From contig CAVSGI010000015.1 in the NCBI GenBank assembly GCA_963727445.1, forward strand, positions 160,001 through 224,000: 64,000 nt of DNA, read 5' to 3'. The position numbers and the translations under genes are program-made. This stretch comes from an uncultured delta proteobacterium (GTDB lineage Bacteria > Myxococcota_A > Polyangia > Polyangiales > B10-G4). Below, one piece after another: positions 48,392-58,353 of this stretch. Every line of letters begins with the position of its first letter. Position 1 is the first letter of the stretch. A model generated the notes under the pieces. The model had not been told where the DNA came from. It saw only the letters and a list, made by a program, of their open reading frames with translations, and did not search any database.

Positions 48392-50317
48392 TCAGCGCAT
48401 GCGACGCGCGGCGTAACTGGACATCACCTTCGCCAGTTCGTCCCGGTCGCTCCGATCGAGGTCGACCCACGCGTGGCTCACGAGCTGGGCATAGCGCTCG
48501 AGCATGGCGCCGTCGCGCGCGAGTTGGGCGTCGTCCCAACGGTGGGCGGCGGCGCGGAGCACGTCGGCGCGCTCTTCGAGGACCGCCTGCGCCAGGTGCT
48601 GCTCCGATCGATCCATGAGGCGCGACGCGTGCGCCAATGCTTCCGCCGCCTGGAAGGACAGGACGATCCGCTTCACCTCGCGGCTGGTCGACGCGATCAC
48701 TTCGCGACGGTCGGCGACGCGCCTGGCGCGCACCTCGCTCTCCTCGTGTCCGTTCCGATCGCGAACCAGATCCTTGTAGTCGAGGTAGACCCTCGCGATG
48801 TCGAGGTCACTTCCCCGAGTCCCAGGGGGCACCGCGAGCTGGAAGAGGATCACGTGGTCGTCGCCCCGACGAAAGGTCGGAAGATGCATTCGGATCCCCG
48901 TCGCCTCCTCGGCGCGATCGGCAGCGATGCCGAGCTCTTCGGCGACCCGCGCGTCGGTGGCGAGCTCGGTGGTTCGCACCTTGGTTCGCTCCGAGCCGCT
49001 CAGCGCGCGAGAGCCGTAGACCTTCGAGACCTCGACGCCCGGCGCGAGCTCGACGCGGATGCGAAGCGCTTGCGCGACGGCCTGTGCCCGCTCGTCGAGC
49101 TCGTCGGTGAGCACGTCGTCGATGTCTGCGGCGTCACGGATGAAGTGGTAGCTGCCCGATCCCTCGCGGGCGATGGTCAACATCGTGTTCTCGTCGAAGT
49201 CCCTGCCGACGCCGATCGTCGTCGTGAGGACGCCATGCTCGTCGAAGAGGGAGCGCGCGAGCCCGCCGAGGACGCGGGGCGAGATGACGCCGTCGGTCGC
49301 CCGGCCGTCGCTCACGAGGAGAACCAGCCCCACGTCGTCGGGGCGTCGGCGCTCGGGAGGATGTTCGAGCGCGAGGCGCAACCCGGCCTCGAGGTTGGTG
49401 CCGCCGCCCGCTTCGATCGTGGACAGGGCGCGCCGGGCCGCGGCGCCCGATCCAACGCGGCCGGGCGGGAGCACGAGGTGCGCCTCGGTCTCGTAGGTGA
49501 TGATCCCGATTCGGTCGCTCGGACGGAGCCGCGCGACGAGGCGCCGGGCCGCGACGAGTGCGTGCCGGAGCTTGTCACGGGCCATCGACCCGCTCACGTC
49601 GAGGACGATGCGCACGTCCACGTGGGGCCGTCGGGGACGCTCGCCGCGCTGGCCGACAAGCGTGATCGCGAGGTGAACCAGGTCTCCATCGGAGGAGACC
49701 CGCGGACGCTCCAGCTCGGTGTGGAGCGCCACCGCCCGATCCCTCGGCACGGCGTAGGGCAGGCTCTGGCGATCTTCGAAAGCGCCGACCCGCACGCGCT
49801 GTCCATCGACCAACACCCCCATCTCGAGGAGCTCTTCGAGGCGCGCGCGCACTCCATTGCCCGAGATGAAGTTGTTTTCGAGGACCGCATTCGCGTCGAT
49901 GGGCCCGCCGTAGCCGATGTTCATCCGGGCATGCTCCTCGGGGATCAGCTGGCGGAGACGGCCGAGGTCGTCACCGCCGAGCACCCCGAGGGCGCTCGTC
50001 GGATCGTTTCCCGAGGCGGCGTCGTAGTCGTAGGGGTCGTTCAGCAGCGCTGCCGTCCCGACGTCGGAATCCCTCACCACGGCGTTTTCGGCGATGAGGT
50101 ACTCGGGCTCGTCGCCTCGACTCGCGAGGAGATCACGCAGCGTCTGGTCGTCCGCCTTCATCCGCTCGGTCACCTCGTAGATCGTCGGGTCGGTGAGCAG
50201 CTGCATCGCCGCCACGGCGCCGCCGATCACCAACGCGGCGACCGTCACGGAGCCGAGCACGCGCCGCTCCACGATCGGTCCGCGGCGTCGTACGCGCCGC
50301 GCGTCCTCGTCCTTCAT
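48392..50317 (-). CDS. Membrane-anchored VWA-domain protein
   Basis: N-terminal TM; VLDVSGSM, GGGTNLEAGL, LLVSDGRAT, TIGVGRDFDE. Confidence 0.88.
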   Translation of the reverse strand: MKDEDARRVRRRGPIVERRVLGSVTVAALVIGGAVAAMQLLTDPTIYEVTERMKADDQTLRDLLASRGDEPEYLIAENAVVRDSDVGTAALLNDPYDYDAASGNDPTSALGVLGGDDLGRLRQLIPEEHARMNIGYGGPIDANAVLENNFISGNGVRARLEELLEMGVLVDGQRVRVGAFEDRQSLPYAVPRDRAVALHTELERPRVSSDGDLVHLAITLVGQRGERPRRPHVDVRIVLDVSGSMARDKLRHALVAARRLVARLRPSDRIGIITYETEAHLVLPPGRVGSGAAARRALSTIEAGGGTNLEAGLRLALEHPPERRRPDDVGLVLLVSDGRATDGVISPRVLGGLARSLFDEHGVLTTTIGVGRDFDENTMLTIAREGSGSYHFIRDAADIDDVLTDELDERAQAVAQALRIRVELAPGVEVSKVYGSRALSGSERTKVRTTELATDARVAEELGIAADRAEEATGIRMHLPTFRRGDDHVILFQLAVPPGTRGSDLDIARVYLDYKDLVRDRNGHEESEVRARRVADRREVIASTSREVKRIVLSFQAAEALAHASRLMDRSEQHLAQAVLEERADVLRAAAHRWDDAQLARDGAMLERYAQLVSHAWVDLDRSDRDELAKVMSSYAARRMR

Positions 50318-50371
50318 GGAGCTTGGGACACCCCCCTGGGGGCGTTGTTCCCGAGCTCTGTGGACGGCGGC

Positions 50372-50902
50372 TCAGGCCTTGGCGTGGCCGCGAGTCATCA
50401 TCTGGATCTTCTCACCGATGAATGCACCGAAGAGTGTGACCATGACGCCGAGGAGGCCGCCGATGATGTAGGCCAGCGGAGAGAGCTGCGCGACGATGTC
50501 GATGTGCAGGAGCCACAGGATGGTCGGGATGACCGCCAGGAAGGCGCCGACCGCCGGCTCGATGAATGTCTTCCCGGGCGAGATGAAGCCGACGATGATC
50601 CCGCCGACGAACCAGATGATGGCGGAGATGACCATCCCGGGCAGGCCCTGGAAGTCGATGGGCTCGACCGCGACGTCGAGGCCGATGAGGAAGATCACCT
50701 GCAGGACGAGGTAGACGCCGAAGGAGATGAACGCCCACTTCCATTCGAAGTTGTCCTGCTGATGGCGCCTGGCGTACTCCTCTTCTTCCGTCAGGTCCGA
50801 ATTGCTGAGGGCCTCGACCCGAGCACCACAGCTGGCGCAGCGCGCCGCCGTGGACGGGTTCTTGAAGCCACACATCGGGCAGACGATTTCCTTGGCTGCC
50901 AT
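50372..50902 (-). CDS. Zinc-ribbon membrane protein
   Basis: CPMCGFKN...CASCG followed by four TM segments. Confidence 0.75.
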   Translation of the reverse strand: MAAKEIVCPMCGFKNPSTAARCASCGARVEALSNSDLTEEEEYARRHQQDNFEWKWAFISFGVYLVLQVIFLIGLDVAVEPIDFQGLPGMVISAIIWFVGGIIVGFISPGKTFIEPAVGAFLAVIPTILWLLHIDIVAQLSPLAYIIGGLLGVMVTLFGAFIGEKIQMMTRGHAKA

Positions 50903-51141
50903 TCTAATCCTCGCTCGAAGGGTGACATTACACGATGAGGCCGGGCGGGAGCGCAAGACTTTGGACGCAATTTCGGTGGGGGTGGGACACTCTGCCTCGG
51001 TCGTGAGGGCCTCTCGCCTCCCGCTCTATTTGCCGTATCGCCCCCAGGACCCAAGGACTTCCGGGTGCTCTTGATCCACCATAGGGGCCCGGCCCGCACT
51101 TCTCGCATCGGGGGCAAGACGCCCCTCAGAGCCTTCTCGCC

Positions 51142-52587
51142 ATGACGACACGCGACGACTGGTTCGAGATCTCCCACGACGGGTGGCGTCACCTCTCGGC
51201 GTCGCGACCGCTCGGCCGGCTCCTGCTCGAAGCGATTCAGAACGCCTTCGACGAACAGGCCGACAAGGTGCGCGTGCGTTTGTCCGAGGGCTCGATCGAA
51301 GTGGTGGACGACGCGAGCGGCGGCTTCGAGGACGAGCGCCTCGTCTACACCGTCTTCCTCTCCGAGAAACGCAACGATCCGACGCGCCGTGGACGCATGG
51401 GCCGCGGGCTCAAGGAGCTCATCGCCAGCATGTCCGCCGCGACCGTCGAGACGGTCGGCACCACGGTGGAGTTCTCTTCCTCCGGTCGCACGACCCGGCG
51501 CAACCGCCGCAAGAAGGGCACGCGCCTGGTCCTCGAGCGCGACTTCGGCGAAAAGGAGCTCGAGGAAGCGCGCGCGCTCCTCGGCACCTGCATCCCGCCG
51601 CGCGGCGTGTCGCTGCGGGTCGACAAGCAGACCGTCGCGCGACCGGAGCTGGTGCTCGAGCTGCCGTCACAGGATCTGGAGACCGTGGTCGTGGTGGACG
51701 GCGTCGAGCGCGCGGAGATGCGCGTCACCTCGGTGTCGGTCTACACGCCGCGCGAAGGCGAGACGCCGCAGGTGTACGAGATGGGTCTGCCCATCGACAC
51801 CTGGAACGTGCCCTGGCACGTCGATGTCGCGCAGCGCATCCCGATCCTCGAAGGGCGCGACGGCGTGCCCGAGCGTTTCAAGCTCGCGCTCAAGGCGACG
51901 CTCCTCGAAGCGATGATGTCGCGCTACCTCGACAAGCGCGATCTCAGGGCGGACTGGGTCCAGGACGTGATCAGCCGCTGGCCGCTCAAGACCACCATGC
52001 TCGACGCCTACGTCTCGAAGATGTTCCGGCGGGGCGCGGTGCTGGGCGGGACCCGACGGGCGAACGACCGCGCCAGGCAGCTGGGCGCTCACGTCATCGA
52101 GAGCGCGGTGATCAGCCACGGCGCCTACCTGGCCCTCGAGCGCGTGCTCGAGTCCGCCGACGACTACGTCCGCCGCCGTTCGGCGGAATTCGAGGGCGAG
52201 GACGTCGAGCCTGACGAAGAGCAGATGGCTTTTGCCGACGCCGTGCGCTGGCTCGCGCGTCGCGCCGCCGGACGGGTGGTGCGGGTTCGCTTCTTCAAGC
52301 GCGACCCCAACGACGCCGGGCTCCTCGAGGACGCGGTGACCGATCTCGACACGCGCGAGATCGCATTCAACACGCGCGCCGCGCTCCGCTTCGACGACAT
52401 CCTCGATCCCCGCACCCTCGGGCTGGTGCTCCACGAGCTCGCCCACCTCGAGACAGCGGAGCACGACCACCGCTTCATCGACCGCCTGCAGTTTCTCGCG
52501 GGACAGACCACGAAGGTGCTCGCCGAGGGCGGGCCCGAGCTGGCGACGAAGCTCCGCCGCGGCGACCCCGACGGCAAGAAGAGCTGA
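51142..52587 (+). CDS. GHKL-family ATPase fused to an HExxH zinc-metallopeptidase-like domain
   Basis: EAIQNAFD, VVDDASGG, GRMGRGLK and GT motifs; C-terminal VLHELAHLETAEHDHRF. Confidence 0.8.
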   Translation: MTTRDDWFEISHDGWRHLSASRPLGRLLLEAIQNAFDEQADKVRVRLSEGSIEVVDDASGGFEDERLVYTVFLSEKRNDPTRRGRMGRGLKELIASMSAATVETVGTTVEFSSSGRTTRRNRRKKGTRLVLERDFGEKELEEARALLGTCIPPRGVSLRVDKQTVARPELVLELPSQDLETVVVVDGVERAEMRVTSVSVYTPREGETPQVYEMGLPIDTWNVPWHVDVAQRIPILEGRDGVPERFKLALKATLLEAMMSRYLDKRDLRADWVQDVISRWPLKTTMLDAYVSKMFRRGAVLGGTRRANDRARQLGAHVIESAVISHGAYLALERVLESADDYVRRRSAEFEGEDVEPDEEQMAFADAVRWLARRAAGRVVRVRFFKRDPNDAGLLEDAVTDLDTREIAFNTRAALRFDDILDPRTLGLVLHELAHLETAEHDHRFIDRLQFLAGQTTKVLAEGGPELATKLRRGDPDGKKS

Positions 52588-52971
52588 TCAGGGCTCGAAG
52601 ACGACGTCGCTCGCGAAGTCGAAGGACAGGTTCCAGCCGAGGCAGAGGGGGACACCGTTGGGGCAGGTGTTCACCCAGTCGGGCTCGTCGCACGCGCAGC
52701 GCTGCTCGCCGTCGATCTCCCACACGCAGCGCTCGAAGGTGGTGGTCGGCGCCTCGCCGCTGGTCCAGCAGGTCAGCCGCGCCTCGTGCCCATCCGCGTC
52801 CCGCCCCTCGAGCGCGCACGCGTGATCGAAGGTCGTGCCCACCACGCCGCGCACCTCCGCGGGCGGACACGTGGCGCCGGCGTCCCCCGCGTCCTCCATC
52901 GTGTCGCTGCGCGCGCCGCAGGCCGCGGCCAGGCCGAGGAGAGAGGAGAGGAAGAGTGTGACGGCGCGCAT
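52588..52971 (-). CDS. Small Cys-rich lipoprotein
   Basis: Lipobox LAAACG; multiple Cys residues. Confidence 0.6.
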   Translation of the reverse strand: MRAVTLFLSSLLGLAAACGARSDTMEDAGDAGATCPPAEVRGVVGTTFDHACALEGRDADGHEARLTCWTSGEAPTTTFERCVWEIDGEQRCACDEPDWVNTCPNGVPLCLGWNLSFDFASDVVFEP

Positions 52972-53032
52972 GGGCGTGCGCAGTCTACGCTGCGCGGAGC
53001 CCAGGTGCAGCCGTGCTATACGGGCGCGACCC

Positions 53033-54001
53033 ATGAGCGCCGAGGCAGCCGAGAGCGAAGAGGGCGCTCCCCGCCGCCGGAGCCGCGGCCGCGTCATCGC
53101 TGGCGTGCTGGCCGAGATCGCCATCGTGACGCTGGTCGCCTGGGTGCTCTGGTCGCGGCGCGAAGAGCTCGGGCGTCTGTGGGCGCTGTCGGCGAGCGAC
53201 GTCGCGTGGCTCTTCGCCTTGATGGGCGTCGAGAGCTTCATCCGCGCCTTCGAATTCCGCTACTGCCTGCGGCACCTCGAAGCGCCCATCGGTTTCGGCG
53301 ACTCCTACGCGCTGGTGCACGGCGCGACGCTCCTCAACTACGGCCCGCTCAACGCGGGGACGATCCTCCGCGCCGTGTCGCTCAAACGCGCACGGGGGCT
53401 GCCCTTCACGCGCTACGTCGCGATGATGGGCATGCTCCTGTTGATGACCGTCGCCGGCGGGGCAGCGCTGGGGCTCGCGAGCCTCGCCCTCGGCGGAGGG
53501 CTCAATCCGTCCCTTCGAAACGTCCTCTTCGCCGCCTTCGCGCTCGCGCTGATCGGCGTCGCGGTGCTCGTCTATCTGCCGCCCGAACGGCTCGGCGGGT
53601 CGAGCTTCGTCGCGAAGAAGCTCTCGGGCCTCTTCGAAGCGGTGAGCCTGCTCCGCAAGCATCCGGGGCAGGTTCTGCTCCTCTTCGCCACCGCGACCAC
53701 CAAGCTCCTCCTCATCGCGGGGCGCCTCTTCGTCTGCTTCGGCGCGCTCTCCTCCGCGGTCGGCCCACTTGCGGCGGTGGTGTTCTCGGCGATCACCAGC
53801 TTGATGGTGCTCGTCTCCATCACGCCGGGCGGCGTCGGCCTGCGTGAGGTCTTCGTCGGCGCCTTCGCGGGCCTGGCCGGCATGGGCTTCGCCGAGGCGA
53901 CCCTCGCCGCCAGCATCGATCGCATCGGCATGCTGGCCTTCGCGATCCTCACCGGCATCCCGTCGCTGCTCTACCTGAAGAGGCGCGGGCTCAGCCGTTG
54001 A
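53033..54001 (+). CDS. Lysylphosphatidylglycerol-synthase TM / flippase-like membrane protein
   Basis: Multi-TM; LNYGPLNAG..LRA and ITPGGVGLRE...DR motifs. Confidence 0.82.
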   Translation: MSAEAAESEEGAPRRRSRGRVIAGVLAEIAIVTLVAWVLWSRREELGRLWALSASDVAWLFALMGVESFIRAFEFRYCLRHLEAPIGFGDSYALVHGATLLNYGPLNAGTILRAVSLKRARGLPFTRYVAMMGMLLLMTVAGGAALGLASLALGGGLNPSLRNVLFAAFALALIGVAVLVYLPPERLGGSSFVAKKLSGLFEAVSLLRKHPGQVLLLFATATTKLLLIAGRLFVCFGALSSAVGPLAAVVFSAITSLMVLVSITPGGVGLREVFVGAFAGLAGMGFAEATLAASIDRIGMLAFAILTGIPSLLYLKRRGLSR

Positions 54002-55145
54002 GCAGGCCCGCGGGTCCCCAGAGCGCTTCGCGGAGCTCACGTCCCAGCGCGTCGGGGGTGCAGCGTGCCTCGAAGAGCGCGCGCGCGTGCTCCGCGAGAG
54101 ACGCGCCGAGCGCCGGGTCGTCACGAAGCCGGAGGATGGCGTCCGCCAGCGCCCTCGGATCGGCGGGCGGCGTCAGGAGCAGGTGCTCCCCGTCCACCAT
54201 CAGCTCGCGCACGCCGGGAGAGTCGCGGGTGATGATCGGCGCGCCCACCGCCATGCATTGGTACACCTTGTTGGGGATCACCCGGGCGGCCTTGTCCGTG
54301 TCCCCGAAGATGCCGAGACACGCGCCAGCCTTCGCGATGTGGGCGCGAAGCGTCGCCGGCTCCATCCACTGATGGCGGGTCACGTCGTCGAGACCGAGCT
54401 CGTCGATCCATGCGTCGACGTCGTCGCCGAGCTGACCACTGCCGACGAGCACGAAGTGCACGTCCGCCTCGCCCTTCAGGAGCGCCGCCGCCTCGAGGAT
54501 GGTGCGTGCGCCGTGAAGGGGGGCGAACTTCGCGTAGGTGAAGACGGTGAAGCGTCCGTCGTCTTCGAGAGCGGGCTCGCTGCCGTCGGGCGGGTGGTAC
54601 TGGGCGGGGTCGGCGCCGACGAGGACCCGCAGGCACTTGTCTCGCCGCACGCCGAGCTCGCGCACGAAGTAGTCGACGTGAGCGTCGGTGTCGCAGAGGA
54701 CGACGTCCGCCATGGCGCAGGAGAGCCGGTCGACGAGCCTCAGGGCCTTCGCCGCCGGCGAGCCCTCGGCGAAGATGCGGCGGTCGTTCACCAGCGTGTC
54801 GTAGAGCGAGATGAAGGCGTCGAAGACCAGCGGCTCGCCTCGGAGGCGGCACAGGGGCGCGAGCAGGATCGCGTCGAGGTGGCCGAGGTAGCCCACCAGG
54901 GCCGCGTCGTGCTCGGCGCTCCTCACGTAGCGGCGCGCGAGTCGCAGGTAGGCGCGCGCGGCGCTCGCCGCCAGGGTGAGGGCGTCCATCGGGCTCGAGA
55001 GCGCTCCGGTCTTGTGACGGCGCTCGTCCCAGACCGCCTCGTGGCAGGTGTCCACCGCGATGTCGGCGCTGGCGAGCGCCTGCGCGAGGATGCGATTGCG
55101 CTCGTAGTCCGCTTCGTAGGTGCCGAGGTAGCAGAGCGATCTCAT
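53991..55145 (-). CDS. Glycosyltransferase family 4
   Basis: YLGTY...YERN, FDAFISLYDT, PLHG, LGIFGDTDKAARVIPNKVYQ. Confidence 0.9.
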   Translation of the reverse strand: MRSLCYLGTYEADYERNRILAQALASADIAVDTCHEAVWDERRHKTGALSSPMDALTLAASAARAYLRLARRYVRSAEHDAALVGYLGHLDAILLAPLCRLRGEPLVFDAFISLYDTLVNDRRIFAEGSPAAKALRLVDRLSCAMADVVLCDTDAHVDYFVRELGVRRDKCLRVLVGADPAQYHPPDGSEPALEDDGRFTVFTYAKFAPLHGARTILEAAALLKGEADVHFVLVGSGQLGDDVDAWIDELGLDDVTRHQWMEPATLRAHIAKAGACLGIFGDTDKAARVIPNKVYQCMAVGAPIITRDSPGVRELMVDGEHLLLTPPADPRALADAILRLRDDPALGASLAEHARALFEARCTPDALGRELREALWGPAGLLNG

Positions 55146-55936
55146 CGCCCGTCCGGCGGCCGCCGTGCGACCAGAATGAAGCCGTTGCTCAGCTCGGTGT
55201 CGAGGAAGGCGCGCTGCACCCGGCAGAGGCTTCGCATGAGCAGGAGCCCCGGCGCCGACGCCTGTAGCGGGAAGAGGCGCGACTCGTTCTCGCGATCGAC
55301 GCCGCTCTCGGCGGTGCCTTCTTCGCGGCTCGCCTTCGTACCGCGCTGCCAGGTGCGCGCTCGGATCTTCTCGAGCAGCGGCGTGAGCGGAAAGCCGTAG
55401 GATTCGAGCGCCAGGACCTCGAGGCCGGCATCGCGCGCGAGCGCGCGAAGCTGGTGCGACTCGTAGCGGCGGTAGTGTCCGGCCCACTCGTCGGTGGGGT
55501 TCCACTTGCGCTGGTGCGCCGGAACGGAGAGCACGAGGCGCCCGCCCGGTGCCAGCCATGAAGCCCACGCCGCGAACGCAGCGCGATCGTCCTCGATGTG
55601 CTCGAGCACCTCGAAGGCGAGGACCGCGTCGAAGCAGGCCCGCCACGCGTCGTCGTGCGCGCTCCGCACCTCAGCGTCCGGCAGCCCGTCGAGGAGCGCG
55701 CGCGCGATCTGTCGCGCGCGCTCGCCGGTCTCCACCGCTGTCACCGAGTGCCCGCGCGCGCCGAGCTCGCTCAAGAGCGCGCCCGCGCCGCAACCGATCT
55801 CCACCACGCGAGACGGCGGGGACAGTTCACGCAGGTGCGTCAGCACTCGGTCGCGCCGAAGCACGTACGTCGGCGCCGGGACCCACCCCGCATCGGGCAG
55901 CACCGGGCCGTAGAACGGGTGATTCGTGTGCATCAC
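55142..55936 (-). CDS. Class I SAM-dependent methyltransferase
   Basis: VVEIGCGAG, FEVLEHIEDD, L.PGG.LVLSVPAH..W..DEWAGHYRRY. Confidence 0.9.
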   Translation of the reverse strand: MMHTNHPFYGPVLPDAGWVPAPTYVLRRDRVLTHLRELSPPSRVVEIGCGAGALLSELGARGHSVTAVETGERARQIARALLDGLPDAEVRSAHDDAWRACFDAVLAFEVLEHIEDDRAAFAAWASWLAPGGRLVLSVPAHQRKWNPTDEWAGHYRRYESHQLRALARDAGLEVLALESYGFPLTPLLEKIRARTWQRGTKASREEGTAESGVDRENESRLFPLQASAPGLLLMRSLCRVQRAFLDTELSNGFILVARRPPDGR

Positions 55937-56093
55937 GGCGCGCGCGGCATAGCACGGGCCGCGCGCGAACGCTCAGGGGTCCGGGTTCTCACTCCTCGCG
56001 TCCGCGAGGAGGCCAAAAATCGGCGCGGTCTCCTTTACGGGGGCGGTGGCCGCGGTTAGGTTCCGGGGCCTTCGATTTGTCAGGAGATACGAC

Positions 56094-57969
56094 GTGGCGC
56101 GTTTCATCGACGAGCTCAAGCGAACCCACACCTGCGGCGCCCTGCGCGAAGGCGACATCGGCGAAGATGCCGTGCTCTTCGGCTGGGTGCAGCGCCGCCG
56201 CGACATGGGCGGTTTCCTCTTCGTCGATCTTCGCAGATCGCGACGGGATCACGCAGCTCGTCTTCGACCCGGAGTCCGAGGTCTACGCGCTCGCGAGCGA
56301 GCTCCGCCCCGAGTGGGTGATCGGCGTGCGCGGCAAGGTGCGCGACCGCGGTGTCCACAAGACGAAGGACGGGCAGGAGAAGTCGCAGCGCAATCCGGAC
56401 TCCCCACCGGCGCCGTCGAGGTGCTGGTCGAAGAGGCCGACGTCTTCAACAAGGCCGAGACGCCGCCCTTCGAGATCGAGGACGACATCGACACCCAGCG
56501 AGGAGAAGCGCCTCGAGCACCGCTACCTCGATCTCGCGGCGTCCGCGACTGCAGAAGAACCTCGATCACGCGCCACAACCTGAACCGGGTTACGCGCGAG
56601 TACTTCTGCGACAAGGGCTTCCTCGAGATCGAGACGCCTTACATGGTGAAGTACACCCCAGGCGGCGCGCGGGCATTCCTCGTGCCTTCGCGCGTTCACC
56701 ACGGCAACTTCTACGCGCTCGCCGAGAGCCCGCAGCTCTACAAGCAGCTGCTCATGGTGCGCGGGCTACGACCGCTACTACCAGATCGTGCGCTGCTTCC
56801 GTGACGAGGACCTTCGCATCGACCGTCAGCCGGAGTTCACCCAGATCGACGTGGAGATGAGCTTCATCAACCAGGACGATCTCTTCACGATGATCGAGGG
56901 CCTGGTGTTCCGCCTCTGGAAAGAGGTGCTCGGCGTCGACCTGAAGGAGCGCTACACGGACGCGACTTTCCCGCGTATGAAGTTCGCCGAGGCGATGGAG
57001 AAGTACGGCAACGACAAGCCGGACCTCCGCTTCGGCCTGGAGCACACCGACCTCACGGACCTGATCGTCGCGCAGAAGGGCGGCGGCATCGCCTTCTGGG
57101 CGCCGATCGCGGACAAGTTCGCGTCGGGCGAGTATCGCCGCGAGCTCCCCGCCGAGATCGTGAAAGCGATGGTGGTTCCGGCGTCGGCCAACTTCAGCCG
57201 CAAGGACGCCGACGGCCTCGAGAAGCTCGTCAAGCAGATGGGCGCCAAGGGCCTGGCGCGCGCGAAGGTCGGCGACGACGGCGCGTGGACTCAGAGCGCG
57301 CTGTCCAAGACCGTGACCGACGAGGCGCGCGAGGCCATCAACGAAGCGGTGGGCGCTGGGCCGGGAGACTTGATCCTCTTCCAGTTCGGCAAGGCCTCGC
57401 AGGTCCACACCATCATGGCGAACCTGCGGGTGCACGTCGCCAAGAAGATCGGCCTCATCCCGGAGACGGGGAGCGGCGGAGAGTGGAACTTCCTGTGGAT
57501 CATCGATCCGCCGCTCTTCGAGGAAGACGACGAGGGCGGCTGGGCCGCGGCGCATCACATCTTCACGCGCCCGCACGACGAGCACGTCGCGCTCGTGGAG
57601 AAGGATCCGGGTCTGGTGCAGTGCTACCGCTACGACCTCGTGCTGAACGGCTTCGAGATCGCCGGCGGCTCCATCCGTCTGCACGACCCCGAGGTCCAGC
57701 AGATGGTCTTCCGCACCATCGGGCTCTCCGACGAAGAGGCGCGCGAGAAGTTCGGCTTCCTCCTCGACGCGCTGAAGTACGGCGCGCCGCCTCACGGCGG
57801 CATCGCGATGGGGATGGACCGGGTGGCGCTCCTCGCCGCGGAGTCCGAGTCGATCCGCGACGTGGTCGCCTTCCCCAAGACCCAGCGGGCCTACGATTTG
57901 ATGACCGGCGCGCCCAGCGAAGTGGCCCCCGCGCAGCTTCAAGCCTTGAAGCTCCAGGTCACCGAGTAA
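56094..57969 (+). CDS. aspS: Aspartate--tRNA ligase (frameshifted in the 5' third)
   Basis: KRTHTCG, GWVQRRRDMGG..FVDLR, FYALAESPQLYKQLLM, RCFRDEDLR.DRQPEFTQ.D.EMSF, GAPPHGGIA.G.DR, VAFPKT. Confidence 0.96.
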
Positions 57970-58010
57970 GGGTTGTCTCTGGCGTTCGCGAGTCTGTATG
58001 ATTCGCGGCC

Positions 58011-58352
58011 GTGGGTGACGACGATCGCCGAGAGCTGCAGCGGCACGAGGTCTGGTTTCCGATGCACATCGTGACCGAGCGTCACGGTCGCCAGATCGCC
58101 GTGAGCCACGACGCGAGCGCCAAGGGCCTCCTCGTCGCGACGCCCAACGAGATCGAGGTCGGCGCGCCGGTCACGATCACCCTGCGCCTCCCCGGCCGTG
58201 ACGGCGGCGAGATGACCGTCGAGGGCGTGATCGTCCGCGTCGAGCCGAACGAGAACGACCCCGACGGACCCCTCGGCTGCCACTGCGCCATCCAGTTCGA
58301 CGAAGAGATCCCCGAGCTCAAAGAAGCGCTCGAGGAATTCAACCCGTCCTGA
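58011..58352 (+). CDS. PilZ-domain protein
   Basis: DRRELQR (RxxxR), DASAKG (D/NxSxxG), GVIVRV, AIQF. Confidence 0.8.
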   Translation: MGDDDRRELQRHEVWFPMHIVTERHGRQIAVSHDASAKGLLVATPNEIEVGAPVTITLRLPGRDGGEMTVEGVIVRVEPNENDPDGPLGCHCAIQFDEEIPELKEALEEFNPS

Positions 58353-58353
58353 C

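Noticed and set aside
44775..50938. Long alternative ORFs (963, 686 and 855 aa)
   Set aside because: Off-frame or antisense shadows typical of high-GC DNA, with no motifs. The same applies to 9601..12414, 26663..28627, 30069..32297 and 60976..63648.
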